From positions 480,001 through 544,000 of the forward strand of contig CAWHAE010000009.1 of NCBI GenBank assembly GCA_963827235.1: a DNA stretch of 64,000 nt, in the 5' to 3' direction. Under the pieces are notes generated by a model. The model was not told the DNA's origin. It was given only the letters and a program-made list of their open reading frames with translations, and did no database searches. This DNA comes from an uncultured bacterium (GTDB lineage: Bacteria; Chloroflexota; UBA5177; JANWHV01). A program made the position numbers and the translations under genes. This document shows positions 30,091 through 41,400 of the stretch, piece by piece. The stretch's first letter is position 1. Every line of letters begins with the position of its first letter.

Positions 30091-30504
30091 AAGGTGGTGA
30101 TTGCCAGACCACGTAACGGAGTAAATGGCGATGGATAACCGCTTCGTGCTCATCGAGCCCTTGATCGAGCAGATCGTGATCGACCACCCTCGGCGGCTGG
30201 TACGGGAAGCCACAACGGACTGCTGCCGGGAGACCACGTGCCGGAACGTCGGCGGGCCGGTCCGCGTGGGCACCGCACTGGAGTCTCCGCCCTGCGCAGG
30301 GGTGCACCGGCAAGCGCCGGCAACCGCCCCTCGGTCACGCAGGCCACGGCGGGCCGGCTCGGTCGTGCTGGCGTGTGTGCGAGCAGGCATACCTTGGGTA
30401 GGCAGTGCGTCATGGGGAACACTCACCCGTGCGGCCCACAGGTCGATCAAGCCGCTACGATGATCACAGGTGCCAGCCCGCAGTGATCAGCGAGGAAAGA
30501 ACAG

Positions 30505-30978
30505 ATGCAGAGGATCACGCCGTTTTTGTCCTTCGACAACCAAGCCGAAGAAGCGGCCAAGCTCTACGTGTCCATCTTCAAGAATTCGACAATTGAGCAG
30601 GTGAGTCGCTATGGAGACGCGGGGCCCGGGCCGGCAGGCAGTGTGCTGACGGTCAACTTCAAGCTGGAAGGCCAGGACTTTATCGCCCTGAACTGCGGGC
30701 CGGCCTTCACCTTCTCGCCCGCCATCTCGCTCTACGTCGACTGTGCCACGCAGGAAGAAGTGGATGACCTGTGGGCAAAGCTCTCGGCTGTTCCGGAGGC
30801 GGAAGGGTGCGGCTGGCTGCGGGATAAGTTCGGGGTCACGTGGCAGATCATCCCCTCTATCCTGGGAGAATTGATACAGGACAAAGACCCCAAGAAGGCG
30901 AGCAGCGTCACACGGGCCATGATGGGCATGAAGAAGATTGACATCAAGGCGTTGCACGATGCCTACGATCGCGCCTAG
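30505..30978 (+). CDS. VOC family protein (3-demethylubiquinone-9 3-methyltransferase/PhnB-like)
   Basis: QRITPFLSFDNQAEEAA, ALNCGP.FTFSPAIS, CGWLRDKFGVTWQI, MKKIDI. Confidence 0.92.
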   Translation: MQRITPFLSFDNQAEEAAKLYVSIFKNSTIEQVSRYGDAGPGPAGSVLTVNFKLEGQDFIALNCGPAFTFSPAISLYVDCATQEEVDDLWAKLSAVPEAEGCGWLRDKFGVTWQIIPSILGELIQDKDPKKASSVTRAMMGMKKIDIKALHDAYDRA

Positions 30979-31034
30979 CAGACGGTAGAAGACAGGAGTC
31001 GCCTGAACGCGGTGGTTCCCGCCGTGGTGCTCCA

Positions 31035-33298
31035 ATGGTGCGAAGGTTACTGTCGTTCTACATGACGGCCTGTGCCTGGATCGTCATTCTGCTCCAGGCG
31101 CTGTCGCCTTTCCGCCGGATCGAGTTTTGGCCGGTGTTGCTCGGCGTGCTTGCCGGTATGGCCGTGCCGGCCAGGATCTGGCTGCCGTCACCGGGTACCT
31201 GGCGAGCGTGGGTTCGCGCCCGGTGCACTGCCGCCGGATGGCGTGCCCTCGTGGCGCCGGCAAGCCTGCCCTTCCTGCTCGTCCTGCTTCCCCTCGCCAT
31301 CCTCATGATCGTCCAGGGCTGGCATTTTCCGCCCAACGACTGGGATGCGATGACCTACCATCTGGCCAGGGCCGCCTACTGGATGCAATGGCATTCGCTC
31401 GCCCACTACAACACGAACTCCTACATGCAGGTTGCCTATCCGGGCAACGCGGAGGCGCTGTCCTGTGCGCTGCTCGTGCTCACCCGGTCCGTCCGGATCG
31501 CTTATCTCGTGCAGGTAAGCGCGTACCTCGCCGGTACGCTCGCCATCTACGGCCTCGGCAGGCAGCAGGGGCCCGCCCGGCCTACGCCCTGTTCGGGGCG
31601 GGGTTGTTCGCCACCATGCCGGAGATCGTGCTGCAAAGCAACGGCACAGGCGTGGACATTACCGCGGCGGCGTTCGCCGTATCGTCCGCGTTCTTTCTGG
31701 TGGATTCGCTCCAATGTCACCGCAGGTCGAGCATCCTCTGTACCGGCCTGGCCGTTGGGCTGGCGCTTGGCACCAAGTCGACCATCGCGCTGGCAGTACC
31801 CGGCCTCGCCGCCGGCGCAGCAGTGCTCCTCCTGCACCAGACGCACCACGCGCTGCCACCGCGGCGTACCCTCCTCACCCTGGCGCTGGCCGCGGCGGCG
31901 GCATCGCTGCTTGCCGCGCCATGGTACGTCGAGAACTTCGCCGACTTCCACTCTTTTGCCGGACCGCCGCAGGTTGCTCGCCTCCAGCTTGTTTCCCAGC
32001 CGACGGTGGCCACTCTCGGCGTCAATTTGCTGCGCCATCTTATCGCCCTGATCGATCCGGCCGGACCGGGCATGGTGCTCCCGGCGGCTGGCGATTGGCT
32101 GTACCGGCACGTGGGAGACCTGCACTCGTGGCTCGCGACGATCACCGGCGCGAGCCACTCCAGCCCTGCCCTCGATTGGCCGGGCTGGTCATATTCGGCT
32201 GCCGTGTTTCCTCACTTCAATGAGCTCAGGACCTGGTTTGGCTTTACCGGCGGGCTGGCTGTGTACGGAGCACTTGCCGCTGCTCTCTGGGCCGCGCTCC
32301 GCCGCCGGGCAGGTATTGCCGCCCTCTGCGCCGCGGGGGCGACCTCGTTCCTGTTGCTCACTGCTCTTCTCTTGCGCTGGCAGCCATGGCAGGGGCATCT
32401 CCTGGCCACCCTGCCGGCACTCTGCTGCCCGGTCATTGCCGTGGCCGCGGATTGGTTGGCGGCGTGTCGCGCCGGCTCCTTGGTGCTGTGCGCGGTCGCC
32501 ATGTACGCAGCGGCGGGTGGACCAACCGCCGCCGTGCTCAACCAGCAGCGCCCGCTCTCCGCCTGGACGGAGAGCTACGACGACCAGCAGGCGGCATGGT
32601 TCACGCAGATCACACCCGTGCTCACGGCCGCAGACCGCCTGCTGCCGTCGCAGGCGCGCGCCGGCGTGCTTTTCCCGAGCGCCGACAACAACCACTGGGA
32701 GCTGCCGTTCTTCGGCCCGAATCTGACTCGCACGCTCATACCGATCAGGCTCCCGGTGAGCGCGGGAAGCTACCCCGGAGCGGCGCCTTTCAGCTATGCC
32801 GCGCCCTTTGGCTACCTGATCACCCAAGCTTCGGACGACATCGTCGCGGAATTCTTCGCGCGACAGCCTGCTTTGCGCTGCCTCACGCTCGCACGGGTGA
32901 GCGCAGGGTGGCTCGGCCCATACGTGTTCTACCGCTGTACCGGAGTCACGCGCGACATGCTCTATCGCGCGGCGATCGGCGACCAGAATGCCGGCGACTT
33001 CTCGGACGATCTCGTGCAGCTGGACGAGATCGCGCGCGCCGATCCGACCTATCAGCAGCTTCTCTTCGCCCGCGGCTGGGCGGAATGGAACCTGGGCCGG
33101 CGCGCGGACGCCATAGCCGACTATCGCGCCTATTTGCGGATGCATCCGGACGATGCCCAGGCCCAGCTTAACCTGGGCTACAGCTTTGCCGTGATGAACC
33201 GCTGTAGCGAGGCAATTGGGCCGCTCCGGAAGGCTCTCGAGCTACGGCCATCGTGGCAGGCCGCGCGCCGGGATCTTGCCGTATGCGGGGTCAAGTGA
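31035..33298 (+). CDS. GT-C type membrane glycosyltransferase-like protein with C-terminal TPRs, frameshifted near 31570
   Basis: PPNDWDAMTYHLAR..YW in the first frame; MPEIVLQS, GLALGTK, APWYVEN and C-terminal TPRs in the second frame. Confidence 0.7.
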
Positions 33299-33564
33299 GT
33301 CTGATTCAGTGCAGCTTGTATCAGGCGTGGTCGCCAATGAGCTACGGGTTACCAGGCACCCGCGTTCGAGCGGGCACCGGCCACGCGTGGATCTACAGAC
33401 AGTGCGGTGTCACGAAAGGGCTGCCTGAATGGAGAGGTCCGTCGAGTGCGCCATCCCTGTCCCACCGGTCCTACCTTACACTGTATGCTGAGAATCGAGG
33501 CCGGGAAGCCGCCGGGCGCGCCCGGCGAAGCACCCTCAGCCGCGGATCGAGGCACGACGACGCC

Positions 33565-35229
33565 ATGCAGAGTACCTGTAGCCATTGCGGAGCAACGGTA
33601 TCGGGCAACCACCGTTATTGCCCGGTCTGCGGCGCCCGCCTGGGTGGTCCTGCGCCGGCGGCGCCGGTGCGGCGTCCGAGTGCGGTAGTACCCGGCGCGC
33701 CGGTCGGCGGCGGCCTCGTGCTGGGCGATCGGTATGCGGTCGATCACGTGCTCGGACGCGGCGGCATGAGTACCGTCTACCGCGCCTACGATACGCACTT
33801 CTCCAACCGCGTGGTCGCCGTGAAGGAGATGGTCGATACGTTCGCCACGCCCGAGGAGCGCGCCGAAGCCGAGCGGGACTTCTTGCGCGAGGCGGATCTG
33901 CTGGCAGGTCTCCGCCATGCCGCCATTCCCGCGGTCTTCGATCGCTTCAGCGCCAACAGCCGCCACTACCTCGTCATGGAGTACATCGCCGGGGAGAACC
34001 TGGAGAAGGCAGTGGCGGCGCGTTCCGAGCCTTACTCGGAGGTGCAGGTTCGCACCTGGGCGCAGGCACTGTGTGGCGTGCTGCGTTACCTCCACGATCA
34101 GCAGCCTGCCATCATCTTCCGCGACCTCAAGCCGGGCAACATTCTCGTGGAGCCGGGCGGCCGCCTGCGGCTGATCGACTTCGGCATCGCTCGCTTCTTC
34201 AAACACAGCCAGACCACCGACACTACGGCCCTTGGCACGAGCGGCTATGCATCACCGGAGCACTACACCGGACAAACCGACGCCCGATCCGACATCTACT
34301 CGCTGGCAGCAACCATGCACCATCTGCTGACCCTGCGCGATCCCTCGCGGCAGCCTCCCTTCCAGTTCCCGGCCGTGCGAAGCCTCAACCCGGCCGTCTC
34401 GCCCGAGCTGGACCAGATCATCGCCAGGGGATTGGATCCGGATCGAGGCAAGCGCTTTGCCAACGTGCCCGAGTTCGAGGCAGCGTTGCAGGGCAAGGCG
34501 CGCCCGGCCCGCCAGAGGCCCGCCGCAGGCGGCGGTCCCGGGAATACTGCCACGGCAGATCCGGCGCAGCCTGCCGCTTCCCCGATGAACGGAAGCAAGC
34601 AGGCGGCCGCCACGACCATGCTCATGCCCGGAACGCTGGTGCTGGTGATCACCCGCGTCCGGCGTGGAGCCGATCTGAACGCCGTTGCCAACGAGATGGC
34701 GCCGCTGACCGACCAGACTCCTCCCGAGGCGCAGCAGCTACTGCGCCGCCTGCCGGTGGTGACCCCGCTCGCGACCATCGCCCAGCTCGGCACGCGGCTC
34801 AAGCGGCTTCGCGAGCTGGGAACTGACGCGCAGCAGGTAGTGCCTGCCACCGAGTCGGTCCACCTCGACCCCACGCTGAGACAGGAGCTGCTGACCAACC
34901 ATCAGATCGTGATCTGGGACGTCAAGGTCGGCGCCGGGCGCACCTGCTACTGCCGGCGCTGCGGGCATCGCTGGTTGACCAGCAAGGCGGTGGGCGATAG
35001 CGTGCCACAGCAGTGCTATCGTTGCGGCGCCAAGGACTGGAGCCGGCGTCGCCTCTGCAAGTGCGCCTGGTGCGGTCACGAGTTCGAGGTGCACGACTAC
35101 CGGCAAAGTCCAGATCGGCTGAGGCCGGTGTGCGAGTGCTGTGGCTTGCGCGACTGGCTGCTGGGCCGCAGGAGCGGCTGGCAGGGCCTGGTGCAGTCGT
35201 TCCGCGAGCTGCTGGGATTGCCCGGATAA
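33565..35229 (+). CDS. Ser/Thr protein kinase with N-terminal zinc ribbon and C-terminal L7/L12-CTD-like plus zinc-ribbon region
   Basis: CSHC..YCPVCG; LGRGGMSTVY, VAVKE, FRDLKPGN, DFG, GTSGYASPE; four C-terminal CxxC motifs. Confidence 0.9.
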   Translation: MQSTCSHCGATVSGNHRYCPVCGARLGGPAPAAPVRRPSAVVPGAPVGGGLVLGDRYAVDHVLGRGGMSTVYRAYDTHFSNRVVAVKEMVDTFATPEERAEAERDFLREADLLAGLRHAAIPAVFDRFSANSRHYLVMEYIAGENLEKAVAARSEPYSEVQVRTWAQALCGVLRYLHDQQPAIIFRDLKPGNILVEPGGRLRLIDFGIARFFKHSQTTDTTALGTSGYASPEHYTGQTDARSDIYSLAATMHHLLTLRDPSRQPPFQFPAVRSLNPAVSPELDQIIARGLDPDRGKRFANVPEFEAALQGKARPARQRPAAGGGPGNTATADPAQPAASPMNGSKQAAATTMLMPGTLVLVITRVRRGADLNAVANEMAPLTDQTPPEAQQLLRRLPVVTPLATIAQLGTRLKRLRELGTDAQQVVPATESVHLDPTLRQELLTNHQIVIWDVKVGAGRTCYCRRCGHRWLTSKAVGDSVPQQCYRCGAKDWSRRRLCKCAWCGHEFEVHDYRQSPDRLRPVCECCGLRDWLLGRRSGWQGLVQSFRELLGLPG

Positions 35230-35672
35230 GGCGCTTTCGCCCTAGTGCTCGCAGGCAGATCTGCCGATACCTCTATATAGAGGTAGAGGCCGCTCGGGGC
35301 CTCGTCCACTCCAGCCAGTCGTGGTCGCCGCGACAAGAGGTGGCAAAACGGCAGCATCGCACCGATCCCGCGCGCAGCGCGCCGCATGGCGCTCCGGCGG
35401 GACTCCCTGCCTTGGTACTATCGGGCGGTATGGCACGCGGTCCCGTTGGACTAGAATGGGACCAATCCTGGGTGCCCAGCCGGAGGTGAGCGTGGTGGCG
35501 TGCGTTCGACACGCGGAAGCGCTCGTGGATCGTTGTCTCCGATCAGGCAGCTATTGGGTGGGCATCCGGCGGCCCGTTAATCGTGGCGAGGTCCGGCACG
35601 AGCCGGGTTGGCGGCTCGGAGAAGTTGTGCCGCCACGCCGGTGGCGGACGCGAATCAAACAGGAGACCAGAC

Positions 35673-36239
35673 ATGATCGCTGAAGAACCGGTAGGCCAGG
35701 AGGAAGCGACGGTACCGGACTCCGAGTGGTGCTACCTGGTGTCGCTCGGCGGCAGCCTTTTCGCGGTGCCGGACAATAGTCGCACGGTCTTGCTCCCCTA
35801 CATCAGTGGCGTTCCCACCATTACCCCCCTGCCCAAAGGCCTCGTCCCCGCCTACGTCCTTGGTCTGATCAACGTCGCGCAGCACGGTGAGCTGCTGATC
35901 GACCTGCCCCGCCTGCTTGGCCTGCGCAGCGGTCCCGTGGGACCGACGGTCGCCGAGAGCCGCCGCGTGCTGGTGATCGGCGAGTCCGTCCCACCCGAGG
36001 TCGGCGAGTATCGACTCGCCTTTGCCGTGGACTACGGCTATGAGCTGTTTCAGGTCGCCCAGGCTACGCCAAGCGTGTCCCATCCGCTCGGCTCGTTCAT
36101 CACCTCGATAGTCGAGACGCCCCATGGAGAGGCAGCCAGGCTGGATATGGAAGAGGTCTGTAACGCAGCGCTCAAGGATATGGGAGCCGAGCGACTGTGG
36201 AATCAGCCAGCGCGTATTCATGATGAGGTAGATGAATAG
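35673..36239 (+). CDS. CheW-like protein
   Basis: ITPLP...PAYVLGLIN..GELLIDL..LLG...RRVLVI...LAFAVD; SD AGGAG. Confidence 0.75.
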   Translation: MIAEEPVGQEEATVPDSEWCYLVSLGGSLFAVPDNSRTVLLPYISGVPTITPLPKGLVPAYVLGLINVAQHGELLIDLPRLLGLRSGPVGPTVAESRRVLVIGESVPPEVGEYRLAFAVDYGYELFQVAQATPSVSHPLGSFITSIVETPHGEAARLDMEEVCNAALKDMGAERLWNQPARIHDEVDE

Positions 36240-36586
36240 ATAGGGCGATTACCGCGATTAGCACGGTTCTTGGCTCCGGTCAGACTGATGACACAATTGT
36301 GGGGTGGTACCAATAGGCTATGTCGTAGCAGGAGGCAGCGGACTATACTGGGCTACGCGGGCGTATGCGCGTTTTTTGCAGTCCTGCCCCTCGTGTAGCA
36401 GGCATGGTGCGCCCGGCAAAACGTTCTGAGATCTCGAAGCCTTTCTCCTTGGAGCCAATGCTACCAGGAGATAGGTTGCACATCACGAAAGCTGGCTCGA
36501 GGATACGCCGACGATCAGAGGGTTAAGAGAGTCGAAGGGGAGCACGCGCCGGGGAGGCGCACCCGGATACCACGATTGGAGGACCG

Positions 36587-37741
36587 ATGTTAGCAACCCT
36601 ATTCGTTATCGTTCTCATAGCGATTCTCGCGCTGGCTATCTGGATGTACGCCACGAGGAGGATCCGGGAGAGCGTCGAGCAGAGTGAAGCGCAGATGCGC
36701 GAGAAGTCCGAAGCGCTGGCGGAAGACATTGTCGCCGTATCGCAGGCTTTGGCAAACGCCCGAGAGGGCGATCTCACGGTGCAGGTGCCGGATAGCGAGT
36801 CCGAAGTAGGGCTCCTCTCCCTCTCTCTCAACGGCCTGATCAACGACTACGGGCAGATCGTGGGCGGCATCATTCACGCCTCCCAAGCAGTCCAGGAAGG
36901 CGCGGCCCGCGTAGACGAGGGCGTGCGGCGTATCGTGGACGTAGCGACGAGCCAGGCTGAGTCGGTCGCCCAGGTAGCTTCGAGTGTCGACGTCGTGGCC
37001 TCCTCCGCCGTGGACGTGCAGCATGACACCGAGACGGCAACCACCCTGGCGGCAAACTCGCGCCTCGCCGTGAACTCCGGCCAGGAATCCGTGGGCCGCA
37101 TCGCGGAGGCCGTCGACGCTATCAAGGAAGCGGCTATCGGCACCACACGCGAGTTCAAGCGCCTGCAGGAAGACTCGATCCGACTGACCGCCCTCGTGGC
37201 ATCGGTCAAGAGCAACGCCGAGAACCTCGACATGCAGGCCGCGAACGCCACCCTCGAAGCCCGCCACCTGGGCACGGAATCCGGCTCCGCGTTCGCCACC
37301 AACATCGGCCGTCTGGCCCGCCAGGCGCAGGACACGCTCGCCGACGCGGAAGGCGCGGTCCGCAGTGTGGTAACGTCCATCGACGAGGTCAACCGGCGTA
37401 TCGAGCGCATTTCGGAACAGGTACGGCGCGGCGTCGAGGAAGTGCGCACCGTGCGCACCACGTTCGATCAGATCACCCAGACCAACACTTCGCTGGTACA
37501 GTTCATCGACAACGTGGCCGATGCGGCCGGTGCCCAGGCGCACTCCGCCCAGCAGGCTGCACGGTCGATCGGCGAAATCGCCCAGGTGTTCGAGCAGTTC
37601 ACCGAGCTGCTGATTACCTCCGGCGACGAGATTGCGAACATGCGCCTCGTCGTAGCCGGTTTGCGCGAGTCGGTCGCCGATCTCAAGGTAAGCCCCGAGG
37701 TCGATCGTAGACCTGCTTTGTCCGCGGAAAGCGCGGCATGA
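36587..37741 (+). CDS. Methyl-accepting chemotaxis-like protein (one TM, HAMP, divergent signalling domain)
   Basis: N-terminal TM; GDLTVQV...EVGLL...LN (HAMP); long heptad coiled coil with tip-like QAANATLEARHLG. Confidence 0.8.
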   Translation: MLATLFVIVLIAILALAIWMYATRRIRESVEQSEAQMREKSEALAEDIVAVSQALANAREGDLTVQVPDSESEVGLLSLSLNGLINDYGQIVGGIIHASQAVQEGAARVDEGVRRIVDVATSQAESVAQVASSVDVVASSAVDVQHDTETATTLAANSRLAVNSGQESVGRIAEAVDAIKEAAIGTTREFKRLQEDSIRLTALVASVKSNAENLDMQAANATLEARHLGTESGSAFATNIGRLARQAQDTLADAEGAVRSVVTSIDEVNRRIERISEQVRRGVEEVRTVRTTFDQITQTNTSLVQFIDNVADAAGAQAHSAQQAARSIGEIAQVFEQFTELLITSGDEIANMRLVVAGLRESVADLKVSPEVDRRPALSAESAA

Positions 37742-38427
37742 ACGCCACAGAGCTGCTCGCGCAGGGCGGAGAGCGTGATTCAACGTCCGCCGATCCCGTG
37801 CTCAGCCACCTATTGGAGCGGATGCTCGAGGCGAGCCAGGGCAACGCCGACCAGTTGATCGGCGCCGTGCAGCGGGTGACGCGCGAGCTGTCCTCGCTCA
37901 CCTTCAATTTCAACGGGCACGCCATTCGCTCCGGCATACGCAGCGCTGAGCTGCAGGCTCTCGACCATCAGCTCGACGAGGCGAGCTCCGTGCTCAATCG
38001 CACCGTCTTCGATCTGCAGCAGCGTCTGCTTCGCGACAGCCAAACCTTGCAGCCGCTCACGCGCATCTTCGAGGTCGTCGATCTCGAAGATGAGCGACCG
38101 GCACCTCTACGGCTGCGCGAGCGGATTGATGGCTACTGCGAGGCGCTCGAGCGGGAGTACGAGGGCATCCGCGAGACCCTGGCGGCGTTGAGCTTCCGCC
38201 TGGCGCTGATGGGCAACAACATCGAGATCGCGGCCTGCCGGGCCGGCAGCGCGGATGTCTCCGCGCCCGTCGATCTCTTCTGCGTGATGGCCAACCAGCT
38301 CCGCTTACTGGCCGACCGCTTGAGAAACGCTACCGCCGATCTGCGCATCTTCCAGCAGTCGCAGAACGGCTATGCCGAGTCACTTCGGGTGACCCTGGCC
38401 AACTACAGTCGGGGGACGGCAGCGTGA
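37738..38427 (+). CDS. Soluble MCP-signalling-domain-like protein
   Basis: LALMGNNIEIAACRAG...FCVMANQLRLLADR resembles LLALNAAIEAARAG...FAVVADEVRKLAER; stop/start overlaps with both neighbours. Confidence 0.6.
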   Translation: MNATELLAQGGERDSTSADPVLSHLLERMLEASQGNADQLIGAVQRVTRELSSLTFNFNGHAIRSGIRSAELQALDHQLDEASSVLNRTVFDLQQRLLRDSQTLQPLTRIFEVVDLEDERPAPLRLRERIDGYCEALEREYEGIRETLAALSFRLALMGNNIEIAACRAGSADVSAPVDLFCVMANQLRLLADRLRNATADLRIFQQSQNGYAESLRVTLANYSRGTAA

Positions 38428-41400
38428 GTGATTCTGTAGACCGCCTGCAAGCAGCCCTGGCGGCGGCGCTGGCCGCGCCGCCGGCCGCGCCGGGCAGCCC
38501 CGAGGAAGAGGAAGGCGCCGACATCGCCACGCCGCGCGCCAAGGCTGCCTCGGCTCTTGAGGCCGCCCTGCGCGATCGCCTGGAATGGCACTGGGACCGC
38601 GATCAGCACCAGGGCGAGCAATTGTGCCGCGTCCTGGCAGACATGTGCATGTGGCATGAGCACACCACGCTGCGCGACAAGGTGCTCGATCTGCAGCGCA
38701 AAGGCATCGCCTTGCTCGCAGCCGTTCCCGATGGGGAGCCGAGCGCGGGCGACGTGGGCGATATCGAAGACGAGTATCAGGCGATAAAGCCGCGCGAGGA
38801 TGACGCAGCGGCTATTGCCGCCGCGCTCGGCATGACGCTGGAAGAAGCGAAGGCGTTCGGCCTCGTGGGTACGCTCACCAGCGTCGGTTTCGAGGAAGAA
38901 GGACCGGTTCCGGTCGCAGCGGGCGTCTCCGCCGAGGCCGAGCAGCCCGAAGAGGATCTCGAGACGCTCTTCCGGCGCGAGGCAAAGAACCGCGCCTCCA
39001 AGGATCTGCCGTCTGCCTTGCAGAATTTCTGGGGCAATCAGCAGTCGATGGACCTCATGCTGACGGTCCGTCGCGGCTTCCACACGATCAAGGGCGACGC
39101 CCGCATGACCGCGGTCTCCGCTCCTCCGGAGGTTGCCGAGGAGCTCGAGGGATTGGCGGTGCTCTCGGAAGCGGCGGAAGACATCGTCGACTACTTGCTC
39201 GGCGATGACTACGATCCGTCGCAGCCCGCGCCTCCGCTGCCTCCCGGCGCCTTCAGCCTGATGAACGAGGTCGCCAATGCCCTCGTTCGGCGGCTCGAGC
39301 TACGCCGTCCGCTGGACAATGAAGTTACCCTGCTCAAGCGGCTGGCTGCTATGCAGCGGAAGGCCGCGGCGCAAGCCGGCGTGGTGATCGACGAGGCGTC
39401 GCTGGCCGCCAAGATCCCGCTCCCCACCATGCCCGCCGCAGCACCGAAGGTGCAGCGGCAAGAACCGGTTTCCACCACGGGACATTCACTGCTGCCCACC
39501 TTCTTGGACGAGGCGAAACGCTTGATGCCCGATCTGCATCGCGCTCTCGGCATTCTGAGCACCACGCCGTCCGACGAAGCATCGCTGCTCCTGGCTCGCC
39601 GCAAGCTGCACACCCTCAAAGGTGGCGCTGCCCTCATTGGCGCTGAGGCGGTCGACATCCAGATGATCGCGCATCATGCCGAGGATCTCTTCGAGCTGAT
39701 CGAAGACGTCCAGCTCCGTGGCGAGCTGAATGAAGTGCCGAAAGATGTGCTCGACGGTGTGCTCGACGCCGAAGACGCCCTGCAGACTCTCCTGGATAAC
39801 CTGGAGCATGTGAACTCGGGCGGGCGCAGTCCCGTGCAGCCGCTGCTGCAGGATCCGGCGGAGCTCGTCACGCGTCTCCAGCAGATCACCGAGCGCGTTC
39901 GCACCGGCGACGTTGCACCGGCGGCGCCTGTGGCCGTGTCCGAGGAGCCCGCCGCCATGCCGGCGGCCAAGGCGGCCGCGCCAATCGCGGAAGCGGGCGC
40001 CGAAGTACCGGCGCAACCGATCACGGACCCTGCTCTCTTGCAGCGCGTGGTGATACCACCGCCGGTCGCACGGCCGCCGGCTCGCATGGTCAGCCTGCGC
40101 GACCTGAGCTTCCGGCGGTTCATCGAGAAGAGCGAGCAGGGCCAGGTGCGCAGCCGTACGGCCGTGATCGACCGCCTGGCAGCCGTCGAGGAACGCGCCC
40201 GTATGACAAGCGGCGCGTTCTCCCTGTTCATCGGCGTGCAGCAAATGTCCCAGTATATAGAGGAGCAGGCCCGATATCACGATCTGGTTGGCGAGAAGGG
40301 CCAGCTCTACATCTTCGGCGCGCTCGACCAGGTGCCGTCGCCCCTGTCCCGCGTTACCCTCGTGCCGCTCGTCGAAGGCGACGAGCTGCTGCGCGAGCGC
40401 TTCGCCATCTTCGAATCGCCGGAGTTCAGCACGGGATTCGTCGCCCATGACACTGCCGACGACGTAGAGGGCAGCGGCAGACGCTTCCTTTGCCTGGCGA
40501 TCGAAGAACACGTGACCCTGGCCGAGATGTCGGACCTGCTTCGCACGGCCATCCGCCGCGGTGGCGCCCTGGTGGCGGCGAGGCGCACGGCGCTGCACAG
40601 CATGTCGGCGCTCAAGCCGCTGCCTCGGCTGCAGCCGCCCATCACCCGCCGGGACCGCGCACTGCCGGTAGAGATCACGCCGCGGCGACAGCAGGACTTT
40701 GGCAAGGACGTCAGCGTGCGCAATGCCCTGACGGCGCTGGAAGATCTCTCGGTCACACGCGACTCCCTGCAAGGCCTCGTGACGCGCATGTCACAGCAAC
40801 GCGTAGAGGGTCGTCGCAGCGGCGTGCGCCTGCGCACACTGATCGAGCGGGTGGGCTCGGAGCTGGCAGGTCTGCGATCGGAGCTGGTGCGCACGACTCG
40901 CCGCACTGGTGATTGGGATCTGCTTGAAAAGGAAGAGTTCACCACGGTCGACGTGCTGCTCGGTCAGCTCGACGAAGCCCTCGCCGACCTCGAGGAGTCC
41001 GACACTAACCTGCGTCGGGATCTCGCCGAAGCGACCGCGCAGGTCGAGATCCAGGCCGACAAGGCGCTGAGCGCCCAGCGCGCTCTGCTCGATATCAGCA
41101 TGATTCCGCTTTCGCAGATCAAGGATCGTTTGGCCCATGCCGTGCGCTCCGCCAGCAGGCGGCTGCGCAAGCAGGTCGAGTTCGCGCTCGAAGGCGGCGA
41201 TCTGGTGCTCGACGGGCGGATCGCCGAGGCCGTGTTCGAGCCGATCATGCACCTGATCAATAATGCGCTCGACCATGGCATTGAGACGAGCACCGGTGAG
41301 CGTGTCGAGGCCGGAAAGACGATCGAGGGTCACCTGACCATCCGCGGGCGCTCCACGGGCGACGGCGTGGCTATCGACGTCAGCGACGACGGCCGTGGGA

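Noticed and set aside
30125-30463. ORF with SD starting MAMDNRFVLIEPLIEQ
   Set aside because: It becomes low-complexity nonsense after about 30 codons; no family recognisable.
36286-36310. CTGATGA hammerhead ribozyme core
   Set aside because: No GAAA after the putative stem II and no supporting stems.
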